Of a stretch of DNA of 64,000 bases, positions 31,206-38,992 are shown piece after piece. The notes under the pieces were generated by a model. The model saw nothing but the letters and a program-made list of their open reading frames with translations. It was not told where the DNA came from and made no database searches. Origin of the DNA: an uncultured Actinomycetota bacterium (GTDB lineage: Bacteria > Actinomycetota > Actinomycetes > Prado026). The stretch spans positions 17,267 through 81,266 of the forward strand of contig CAWFVK010000009.1 in NCBI GenBank assembly GCA_963819215.1, read 5' to 3'. A program made the position numbers and the translations under genes. Each line of letters starts with the position of its first letter. The stretch's first letter is position 1.

Positions 31206-31517
31206 TCAGCTGCTGGGCGGGGCGCCGAGGCCGCCGACGACGGTGACCTCGCGACCGAAGAACTCGTTGGTGAGCATGGGCATCGCCCTGCCGATGGCCT
31301 CCTTGGCGGCCGGCAGCTGGAGCGAGTCGTCGTGCTGCTGCTTGCTCGGCCAGGTCTCGCTCACCCATACGACGTCGGCGTCCTGCGCGTCCGTGCAGAC
31401 GACGTACGAGAGGCAGCCGGCGGCCGGGACGGCCTGCGCCGCCTCGAGGAGGATCGCGACGACCTCGTCACGACGTCCGGGCTGGGCCTTCATCGAGCCG
31501 ATGTAGCCGTAGGTCAT
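31206..31517 (-). CDS. antibiotic-biosynthesis-monooxygenase (ABM) family protein / putative quinol monooxygenase
   Basis: 103 aa: YIGSMKAQPGRRDEVVAILLEAA....VVWVSETWPSKQQHDDSL. GGAGGGAGG lies upstream of the ATG. Confidence 0.75.
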   Translation of the reverse strand: MTYGYIGSMKAQPGRRDEVVAILLEAAQAVPAAGCLSYVVCTDAQDADVVWVSETWPSKQQHDDSLQLPAAKEAIGRAMPMLTNEFFGREVTVVGGLGAPPSS

Positions 31518-31530
31518 TCGGCCTCCCTCC

Positions 31531-31570
31531 GGTCAGGAAACACTTCGGTCAGGAAACACTTCGGTTAGGA
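31531..31570. repeat. tandem 16-bp direct repeat (2 perfect copies plus 1 degenerate copy) just upstream of the ABM gene RBS
   Basis: GGTCAGGAAACACTTC occurs at 31531-31546 and 31547-31562, then GGTTAGGAACGTTGCG. The site is relatively AT-rich for this sequence. Confidence 0.85.
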
Positions 31571-31676
31571 ACGTTGCGGATGGGCAGCCGCCGCACGAGG
31601 GAAACCTGCGCCATTGGACCCCTGCAGGCTTGGAGCCCGCAGCGGGGACCACCCTGCCACCTCGCACCGACGCGAA

Positions 31677-31706
31677 GAAGGACCCGACCTCTCGGTCGGG
31701 TCCTTC
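31677..31706 (-). terminator. perfect 13-bp-stem hairpin downstream of the PadR gene
   Basis: GAAGGACCCGACC-TCTC-GGTCGGGTCCTTC lies 20 nt after the PadR stop (31727). On the minus strand it is followed by TTCTTCG. Confidence 0.65.
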
Positions 31707-31726
31707 CGCGCAACGCGCCGGTGCTG

Positions 31727-32761
31727 CTACTGCGCCTCGGGCGAGTCGGGTGCTCCGGGGGCCGCCGCCTCCGGGTCCTCGGCGAGGATCCGGTACAGCC
31801 CCCGCCGGGTCTCGGCCAGCAGCGCAGCTGCTGCCTGGACCTGCATGGGGGTCGCTGCCTGGTCGACCTGCACGACTGCGGCCGCCACCCCGAGCATCAG
31901 GTCGCGGAGCTGGACCGAGCGGTCGTCGACGCCACTGGCGACGTCGTCCCACGGGGCCTGGAGCTCGTCCTCGTGCTCGGCCACGTACGCCTGTCCGGCC
32001 TCGGTGAGCGTGAAGACCTTGCGGCCGGTCTCGCGATCCGCTGCGACCAGGCCTTCGTCGGCCAGTCGCTTGAGCGTGGGGTAGATCGAGCCGGGGCTGG
32101 GACGCCAGACCCCACCGCTGCGTTCTGCCAGCTCCTGGATGATCTCGTAGCCGTGGCGTGGCTGCTCGGCGAGCAACGCGAGGACACCGGCGCGGATGTC
32201 GCCGCGCGCCGCCTTCGCGCCGAAGCCCGGGCCGCCGAAAGCAGGCCCGAAGCCAGGGCCGCCGAACCCGCCAAAACCGGGTCCGCCGAAGCCGCCGAAA
32301 CTTGGTCCGCCGAAGCCGTCGGGGCCGCCAGGACCTCGACGACCGCGCCGACCACCTCGGCGGCCGTCCGATCGGCCGTCCGATCGGCCCTCGTGGTCGT
32401 GACGGCCGCGACCCTCACGGCCTTCGCCGCGTCCCCCACCGCGTCCGCCGGAGCGGCCCTCACGAGGGTCTGCGGCGGAGCCTGAGCTCGTCGAGTCGCT
32501 GGTGGCGTCGCCGTCGTTCGGGGACATCGCAAGGTGCCCCGCGCCGCGGTGGTGACGCTGGCGCCCGTCCGGTCGACGCATGCCGCGCCGCCTCGTCCGG
32601 GTTCGGTCGTTGACGTCCATGACGTCGTCGGCCTCGGCGGACAAGCCGGGCCGGTTGCCCTCGCGGGTGGCGAGGTAGTGCATGAAGCCGTACTGGGCGA
32701 ACGGGCTCGAGCGGAAGACGTCCGCGAACCCTTCGCCACCGAGTGGGTAGCTGGTGCTCAT
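31727..32761 (-). CDS. PadR-family transcriptional regulator with a long Gly/Arg/Phe-rich low-complexity N-terminal region
   Basis: The C-terminal ~170 aa has the PadR wHTH RGDIRAGVLALLAEQPRHGYEIIQELAERSGGVWRPSPGSIYPTLKRLADEGLV. Upstream in the same frame are (GFGGP)n and GRSDGRSDGRR repeats. The start at 32761 (MSTSYPLGG, RBS AAAGAGG) is plausible but not certain. Confidence 0.75.
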   Translation of the reverse strand: MSTSYPLGGEGFADVFRSSPFAQYGFMHYLATREGNRPGLSAEADDVMDVNDRTRTRRRGMRRPDGRQRHHRGAGHLAMSPNDGDATSDSTSSGSAADPREGRSGGRGGGRGEGREGRGRHDHEGRSDGRSDGRRGGRRGRRGPGGPDGFGGPSFGGFGGPGFGGFGGPGFGPAFGGPGFGAKAARGDIRAGVLALLAEQPRHGYEIIQELAERSGGVWRPSPGSIYPTLKRLADEGLVAADRETGRKVFTLTEAGQAYVAEHEDELQAPWDDVASGVDDRSVQLRDLMLGVAAAVVQVDQAATPMQVQAAAALLAETRRGLYRILAEDPEAAAPGAPDSPEAQ

Positions 32762-32885
32762 GAGGAGTGCCTCTTTCGTGTCGGGGAGCCGCGCCGTTCG
32801 CGGCCACCGCTTCGTTGATCCGGAGCGTCCGTGTCGAGCTCTCGCTCGGCTGGATGTCTGCTCACGTTCTATCAACGTAGGATCA

Positions 32886-32910
32886 CGATATATCGCGACT
32901 GCACACGTGT
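32886..32910. promoter_or_regulatory. two short perfect palindromes in the AT-richest spot upstream of the PadR gene (candidate promoter/operator)
   Basis: CGATATATCG (32886-32895) and ACACGTGT (32903-32910) lie about 125-150 nt upstream of the proposed PadR start. No experimental motif is known to me for this regulator. Confidence 0.3.
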
Positions 32911-32970
32911 CAACCTCGAAGTGAGAGAGAGCTGGAAGCCAGCCGCGACACGACGAGACCGGTTGCCGGC

Positions 32971-33009
32971 GAGACGGTCAGGCGAGACGGTCAGGCGGGA
33001 TGGTCAGGC
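32971..33009. repeat. tandem 13-bp repeat x3 spanning the stop codon of the CGNR gene
   Basis: GAGACGGTCAGGC, GAGACGGTCAGGC, GGGATGGTCAGGC. Each copy contains TCA (TGA on the minus strand). The copy at 33004-33006 is the actual stop. Confidence 0.9.
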
Positions 33010-33630
33010 GGTGGTCGCGCGGCGAGCGGTTCGGACCGCCGCAGCGTGCCGACGGACCTTGGTCCGGTTGCCGCACCAGGCCATCGAGCACCAGCGCCGC
33101 CTGCCGTGGACGTTCTCGAAGAGCCACCCGCAGTCCGGCATGGGACAGGCCGAGACCTTGTCGGCCAGCGGATCGGTCACGAGGTCCCCGGCTGCCCGGG
33201 CGACGGCGAGCAGCGGGAGGTCCAGTGCGCGGTCAGGTCGCAGCTCCCAGCGGGCCGGCGCAGCGCCGTCGGCGCGTTCGAGACGCTCGGCCAGCCGGGC
33301 GAGCTCCGCCTCGGCAGCGACCGCACGCAAGGACGAGCCACGGTCGTGCTCGACCAGCACGGCGTACAGCGAGCCGCGGAGCTCGATGGTGCGGTGGACG
33401 AGCTCGGCGGCCAGCCGTGGACGGCGATCACCCAGCCGCAACGAGCGCTCGGCCGCAGCCGCGTCGATCAGCCCGTTGACCTCGGCCCACCGTGTCAGGT
33501 GCTCGTAGCTGGCGAGGTACTCCTTGGGCCGCGGCGCCCCCCAGCCGGCTCGCGTGTTGCACAGCTCGATCCCGGGGTGGCCGCCCAGCGACAACGGCAG
33601 CCGGACCCCTTCGACCAACCTGGACGCCAT
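33004..33630 (-). CDS. CGNR zinc-finger (ABATE-domain) protein
   Basis: Intact 208 aa. The C-terminal CPMPDCGWLFENVHGRRRWCSMAWCGNRTKVRRH is the CGNR zinc-finger signature. Confidence 0.85.
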   Translation of the reverse strand: MASRLVEGVRLPLSLGGHPGIELCNTRAGWGAPRPKEYLASYEHLTRWAEVNGLIDAAAAERSLRLGDRRPRLAAELVHRTIELRGSLYAVLVEHDRGSSLRAVAAEAELARLAERLERADGAAPARWELRPDRALDLPLLAVARAAGDLVTDPLADKVSACPMPDCGWLFENVHGRRRWCSMAWCGNRTKVRRHAAAVRTARRATTA

Positions 33631-33712
33631 GACACCCCTAACCTGTTAGCCTCGCGCGACAGGTTAGCCGACAGATCGAGCCGGTGGTCCAGCCGTCAGG
33701 TCGGGAGGTCGC

Positions 33713-36700
33713 GTGCGCGCCGTTCCCTGGCTGGTCTGGGCCCGTTTCCGGCACCGGCCCGGTAGCTGGTTGGTGGTCATCCTCGGAGTGGCCGTCGCGG
33801 TCGCGATGCCCGTGCTGGCGGCGGCGTCGGCCGTGGTGGTGTCGGCAGCAGCGCTGGCTCATGGGGTGGCCGAGCTGCCCGCGGGTCAGCGCAGCCTCAT
33901 CGTCTCCTACCCCGGCGTGAGCATCCTGCCGTCCGAGCTGGACCCGATGGATCAGCACGTCGCGCACTCGCTCGCCCAGCTGAGCTCGGGACCCCTCACC
34001 CGGCAGGTCCTCTTCCGCCGGCTGGCCGACGGGCACGGCGGCACCTACTTCCTGGGCGCGGCCGACGACCTCGCCCAGCACGTCCGCCTGGAGTCGGGTC
34101 GGCTGCCGGCCTCGTGCACGCCGACGCGCTGCGAGGTCCTCGACGTCGGGCCTGGCGCTGCTCCGCGGCTCGACCCCTCGCTCGGTCTCGTCGTCGTCGG
34201 GACGGGGATCCGCACCGATCCGCTGCTGCTGACGGGCACCTTCGACCCCGGGCACGATGCTCCGTTGCTGCTGGCCGACGGGGTCCAGAAGGTGGCGGCA
34301 CTGGACTCGCTGGACCAGTTCCAGCGGTCGTACGGCTGGGCGGCGCCGCTGGACCTCGACCGGGTCCAGGCGTTGGGCGTCGACGACTACCTCGCACGCA
34401 GCGCGGCTGTGTCGGCCGAGCTCGGTGCGTGGAAGGCCGGTCTGGTCCTGACGGCCCCCGACGACGTGATCCGCTCCGAGCAGGCACGCGCCCAGCTGTC
34501 CTCGCGCCGGTTCGCCCTGCTCGCGGGCTCGGCGATCGCGCTGCTGCTGGGCTTCGCCGTCATCGCGGCGGTGGGTCGGCGGCGCGACCACGGCCAGCTC
34601 GTCGACCTGATGAGACAACGCGGCGCGACCCGTCGCACGGTCCTCACCCTGACAGCGGTCGAGGCCGTGGTGCCGGTCCTGCTCGCGACGGTTCTGGGGT
34701 TGCTCGTGGGCTGGGTCGCCGCGCTGGTCGTCGGGGCGCGAGCCGGCCTGCCCGCAGCGAGCACCGCGGCCGACGCGCTGGGTCGGGCACTCCCGCAGGT
34801 GCTGGTGTCGGCGCTGCTCGCGGCGATCGTCGTCGCCCTCACGCTCGGCTGGTCGGATCGGATCGCCCAGCGCGCCGCGTGGCGGGTGGTCGATGCCGTG
34901 ATCGTGGTGGCGCTCGTCATGGCGGTCCTCGCGGCGAGCCGAGGCGCGGTGTCCGCAGGGGAGCTCGGGACCGGCTCCGACCCGCTGCTCCTGACCCTGC
35001 CGGTCCTCGCTGTCCTCGCCGGCGGCCTGCTGGCGGGCCGGATCTGGCCGTGGCTCGCCCGGACCGCCGAGCGCGCCGTACCAGCCCGCCGGCTCGGTGC
35101 TCGGATCGCCCTGCTCGGCGGCCTCAGGCATCCCTTGCGGCCGGTGGCCACGGTCGCCTTCGTCGCAGCCGCCACTGCCCTGGTGGTCTTCTCCGGCGCG
35201 TACCGGTCGACCCTCGCGCAAGGCGCTGCCGACCAGGCCGCCTTCCAGGTGCCGCTCGACGCGCGCGTGGTCACCGGCTCGACGCTCCAGCGGCCGCTCG
35301 ACGTGGCGGAGCCGGCTGCGTACGCCGGGCTCGCCCCCGGTGTCACCGTGCACGGCGTCGTCCGGAGCGCGGCGGCCGTCCAGGTCTCCGCCGCGCAGGC
35401 CGAGCCGGTCGAGCTGGTCGGGGTCGACCCGGCCGCGCTCACGTCCGCGCCCAGCTGGGACCACGACGCAGGCGGGAGCGCGGCAGCCGCCAGGGACGCG
35501 ATCACGACCGCGAACCGCACGCTCGCGGGGATCACGGTGCCCGCAGGGACGCGTCGCCTCGCGTTCGCGGCGACGGGGGACGTGGAGCAGGTGCAGCTGG
35601 TGGCGTGGATGCGGCTCGCCGACGGCCGCGACGTCGGGACGTCGCTGGCGCTCACGGCCGGCCCGGCGGCCGGCGCGGAGTTCGTGGGAGCAGTCCCGGC
35701 GGCTGGGGCAGCCGGTGGCACCTTGTTCTCGTTCACCATGGCGGAGTCGGTGTCCTACGCGACGCACCACCAGCACGCCATCGGCGAGGGCAACGTCGAC
35801 GTCGCCCTGCTGGCTGGCTCCGTGGTGCTCTCGCTGCCGTCGTTCGACGGCGCACCTGCGGCAGCGACCTCGCCGCCTGGCTGGACCGGGTGGGGCTCGA
35901 CCGGCGCCAACGTGAGCCTCGTTCCCGCGAGCTCGGGCCAGCAGCTCACGGTCGCCTACCGGTTCAGCGGAGCCCTGGTCGTCGTGCGGGCCGGAGCATC
36001 GGTGCCTGAGCTCCCGATCCCGGCGCTGGTCGACCCGGCGACGGCCGCGCTCGCCCAGGGCGCGACCCTCGAGGCCGGCACTCCCGGCAGCGCGCCGATC
36101 ACGCTGGCGGTCGCGGGAGTGCTGCCGCGCTTCCCGACCAGCGGGGCGAGCTTCGCCGTGGTCGACGGGGCAGCCCTGGCCAACGCGCTCGACGCCCGTG
36201 ACCCGGGCACCGGCGGCGTGAGCGAGCTCTGGATCGCGGCACCGCCCGCGTCGGTGGCTGCGCTGGATGCGGCGCTCGCGGCGCCGCCCTACGACCAGCT
36301 GACCGTCACGACGAGGGCCGCCGTCGAGGCGCAGCTCCGCAGCGATCCGCTCGCCCGTGGTGCGGTCGCGCTGCTCGCGGGCTCCGCCGCGCTCGGGCTG
36401 GTGGTCGCGCTGCTCGCGCTCGTCCTGCTGGTCCTGTCGGAGCGTCGTGACTCCGCCGCCGAGCTGTACGCGTGGGAGAGCGACGGCGTCGCGCCGGCCA
36501 CGCTGCGGGTCTCGCTCTTCGTGCGGGCGCTGTCCGTCGTGCTGGTGGCCGTGCCGATGGGCCTGCTGACGGGGATCCTGCTGTCCCGCGCCACCACGAG
36601 CCTGGTCACGGTGACCGCGGTGGGCACCACGCCGCAACCGCCGCTGGTGCTCTCGGTCGGTCCTGGCTGGATCGGGGCGCTGCTGGGCATGGGCTTGCTG

Positions 36701-36784
36701 GTGGCGGTCGTGTCGGTCGCGTTGCTGGCGTTCTCGGCCCTGCGTGAGCCGCTGCCTCGCCGTCCGGAGGTGACGGCCCGATGA
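33713..36784 (+). CDS. very large FtsX-like ABC transporter permease (two FtsX modules with large extracytoplasmic regions)
   Basis: Intact 1023-aa ORF with a GTG after GGGAGG. TM helix clusters sit around aa 1-40, 270-450 and 880-1010, separated by long soluble regions. The stop overlaps the ATG of the ATPase gene (ATGA). Confidence 0.75.
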   Translation: MRAVPWLVWARFRHRPGSWLVVILGVAVAVAMPVLAAASAVVVSAAALAHGVAELPAGQRSLIVSYPGVSILPSELDPMDQHVAHSLAQLSSGPLTRQVLFRRLADGHGGTYFLGAADDLAQHVRLESGRLPASCTPTRCEVLDVGPGAAPRLDPSLGLVVVGTGIRTDPLLLTGTFDPGHDAPLLLADGVQKVAALDSLDQFQRSYGWAAPLDLDRVQALGVDDYLARSAAVSAELGAWKAGLVLTAPDDVIRSEQARAQLSSRRFALLAGSAIALLLGFAVIAAVGRRRDHGQLVDLMRQRGATRRTVLTLTAVEAVVPVLLATVLGLLVGWVAALVVGARAGLPAASTAADALGRALPQVLVSALLAAIVVALTLGWSDRIAQRAAWRVVDAVIVVALVMAVLAASRGAVSAGELGTGSDPLLLTLPVLAVLAGGLLAGRIWPWLARTAERAVPARRLGARIALLGGLRHPLRPVATVAFVAAATALVVFSGAYRSTLAQGAADQAAFQVPLDARVVTGSTLQRPLDVAEPAAYAGLAPGVTVHGVVRSAAAVQVSAAQAEPVELVGVDPAALTSAPSWDHDAGGSAAAARDAITTANRTLAGITVPAGTRRLAFAATGDVEQVQLVAWMRLADGRDVGTSLALTAGPAAGAEFVGAVPAAGAAGGTLFSFTMAESVSYATHHQHAIGEGNVDVALLAGSVVLSLPSFDGAPAAATSPPGWTGWGSTGANVSLVPASSGQQLTVAYRFSGALVVVRAGASVPELPIPALVDPATAALAQGATLEAGTPGSAPITLAVAGVLPRFPTSGASFAVVDGAALANALDARDPGTGGVSELWIAAPPASVAALDAALAAPPYDQLTVTTRAAVEAQLRSDPLARGAVALLAGSAALGLVVALLALVLLVLSERRDSAAELYAWESDGVAPATLRVSLFVRALSVVLVAVPMGLLTGILLSRATTSLVTVTAVGTTPQPPLVLSVGPGWIGALLGMGLLVAVVSVALLAFSALREPLPRRPEVTAR

Positions 36785-38380
36785 GGGTCGAGGAGGCGGC
36801 GGAGCTCGAGGTGGCCGTCCGTGCCCGCGACCTCTTCTGCCTCTACCCCACGCCGCGCGGGCAAGTCGCTGCCCTGCGCGGGCTCACGCTGGAGGTCGCC
36901 GCCGGCGAGCGCGTCGTCGTCCACGGGCCCAACGGCTCCGGCAAGACGACGTTGCTGCGGGTGCTCGCGGGGGAGCAGGCGGTGGGCGCCGGCTCGGTGC
37001 AGGTAGCTGGGGTCGACCTCGTCGGTGCGGACGACGCCACCCGCACCGAGCTCCGCGCGCGCCGGCTCGGCTTCGTCGACCAGCACCATGGCCGCACCCT
37101 GCGTGCTGAGCTCTCGGTGCGCGACAACGTCGGCCTGCAGCTGCGCCTGGCGGGGACCTCTGCCAGCCGGGCCCGGGCCAGGGCGGCGGAGGTGCTGGAG
37201 TCGTTGGGCCTGGAGCGCCTCGCCGGGCGCGCTCCGAGCACGCTGTCGGGTGGGGAGTCGCAGCGCGTCGCGGTCTGTGCCGCCTTGGTCCACCGGCCGC
37301 TGCTGGTGCTTGCCGACGAGCCGACCGGCGAGCTCGACCGCGAGTCGGCCGACGCCGTCTACGACCTCCTGGTGACGGCGACGGCGTCGACCGGTGCCGC
37401 CCTGCTGCTGGTCAGCCACGACACGTCGGCCACCCGGATCGCCGACCGTGTCGTGCGCATCAGGGACGGCCGGCTGAGCGAGCAGTGGACGCCCGGCGAC
37501 GGCGACGGCGACGGCGACGGTGGGTGCTGTCCGCGAGACGCTGGTGGTCGACGACCGCGGCTGGGTCCGGCTGCCCGAGCCGTTGCGTCGCAGCCTCGCC
37601 ATCGGCGACGGGGTGCAGGCCGCGGCGGTCGGGCAGCACCTCGAGCTGACCCCGGACGGTGCACCACCGCAGGCCCAACCGCCGGCCGTGGTTCCGCTCG
37701 AGGCTCCGCTGGTCGACGGCTCGGCCGCGCCGACCGACCTCGCCGCCTCGGTGGTCGCTGCGATGCGGGACGTGACGGTGAACCGCGGTGGCAGGGAAGT
37801 GCTGCACGGGCTCGGGCTGGAGCTGCGGGCCGGCGGGCTCACGGTCGTGCGCGGGCCGAGCGGCTCGGGCAAGTCGACGTTGCTGCGCATCCTCGTCGGG
37901 CTGGAGCGTCCCGACCGCGGGAGCGTGCTGCTTGCCGGGGTCGAGCTGAGCACGCTGAACCGCGCCGGGCTCGCCGACCTGCGCCGGCGGACCGTCGCGG
38001 TGTCCGGGCAGTCCGGCAGCCTGGTCGAGGCGCTGGACGTCGCCGACAACCTGCACCTGGCCAGGGACGCGCGCGGCCTGGACCGTGACGAGCCGCTGGT
38101 GGAGGCGTGGCTGGCTGCTCTCGGGCTCGCGGCGCTGCGGCACCGTCCGGCGCGGGTGCTGTCCGGCGGTGAGCGGCAGCGGCTGGCGGTGGCCAGGACG
38201 CTGGCGGTGCGGCCGCGGCTGGCGGTGCTGGACGAGCCGACCTCGCAGCAGGACGAGGCGAACGCGGAGCGGCTGGTCGCGGTGCTGGTGGCCGCCGCCG
38301 CCCGTGGGGTCGCGGTCGTGGCCGCCACGCACGACCCGCTGCTGGTCTCTGCTGCCGACAGCGTGGTGACCCTGGCCTGA
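36781..38380 (+). CDS. ABC transporter ATP-binding protein with two ATPase domains (1 frameshift near 37518 as sequenced)
   Basis: Domain 1: GPNGSGKTTLLR (Walker A), LSGGESQRV, LLVLADEPTGELD. Domain 2 (ORF 37520..38380): GPSGSGKSTLLR, LSGGERQRLAV, LAVLDEPTSQQD. The first frame has no stop before 38088, and sense switches frame right after (GGCGAC)x4. Confidence 0.8.
37495..37518 (+). repeat. (GGCGAC)x4 hexanucleotide repeat encoding (Gly-Asp)4 at the inter-domain junction
   Basis: Read directly: ggcgac ggcgac ggcgac ggcgac, followed by ggtgggtgc, where the frame change occurs. Confidence 0.9.
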
Positions 38381-38503
38381 GACGACCTATGCTGGCCGGA
38401 GCGCTCCTGACCCACCGTTCAGTAGCGCGGCTGGCGACAGCGGTCGCCGGCTGGTGCGCACCCGTTCGGACGAGGTCGTCCGACAGCAGAGCAGGAGGTT
38501 CCC

Positions 38504-38992
38504 GTGGCCAGCGCAGGCACGGCCCAGCACCCTGCCCTCCAGTCGTGGTCGGCAGCGGCGGCCCAGCCGGTGATCGATGCGCACGCGCACCTCCGCGGGC
38601 CGCTGCTGCCGGTGCTGCACGCGCTCCAGGAGACCTTCGGGTACATCGACCCGGCGGCCGTGCCACTCGTCGCCAAGACCCTGAATCTCTCGCGGGCGGA
38701 CGTCCACGGCGTCATCACGTTCTACAAGGACTTCCGCAGCGCTCCGCCTGGCGCGCGCACGGTCGCCGTCTGTCGTGGCGAGGCCTGCCAGTCGATGGGC
38801 GCCCACGAGCTTGCCGAGCACGCCTGCCGCAGCCTCGGCGTCGACTTCGGTGAGACGACCGCCGACGGTGCGGTGAGCCTCGACCAGGTGTTCTGCCTCG
38901 GCAACTGCGCGCTGTCGCCGGCGGTGCTCGTGGACGGCAGGCTCGTCGGCCGGGTCGACGCCGACCGCTTCGACCAGCTGGTGCGCCCATGA
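38504..38992 (+). CDS. fdsG: NAD-dependent formate dehydrogenase gamma subunit (NuoE-like 2Fe-2S protein)
   Basis: Intact 162 aa with a GTG after GCAGGAGG. LLPVLHALQETFGYID.., VAVCRGEACQSMG, VFCLGNCALSPA carry the NuoE-type cysteine ligands. Confidence 0.85.
   Translation: MASAGTAQHPALQSWSAAAAQPVIDAHAHLRGPLLPVLHALQETFGYIDPAAVPLVAKTLNLSRADVHGVITFYKDFRSAPPGARTVAVCRGEACQSMGAHELAEHACRSLGVDFGETTADGAVSLDQVFCLGNCALSPAVLVDGRLVGRVDADRFDQLVRP

Noticed and set aside
31531-33009. The short tandem repeats (16-bp, 13-bp, 12-bp and 15-bp units) as a possible CRISPR array or MITE.
   Set aside because: The repeats are directly adjacent with no spacers, at most 3-6 copies and 12-16 bp long. There are no terminal inverted repeats or target-site duplications, and no cas or transposase genes.
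33638-36637. A 999-aa ORF antisense to the FtsX permease. Many other long alternative-frame ORFs are similar, for example 325..1503+, 749..2638-, 2991..4247-, 34114..36009+, 9717..11369-, 15820..16836-, 44827..45585- and 62251..63585-.
   Set aside because: Their translations are Arg/Pro/Gly/Ala/Asp-rich low-complexity strings with no recognisable motifs. Each overlaps a frame that encodes a clearly conserved protein. Such stop-free shadow ORFs are expected in DNA this GC-rich.
37495-37530. Programmed ribosomal frameshifting at the (GGCGAC)4 junction of the ABC ATPase.
   Set aside because: There is no slippery heptamer or downstream structure that I can recognise. The event has the same single-extra-base character as about 80 other frame changes in unrelated genes.
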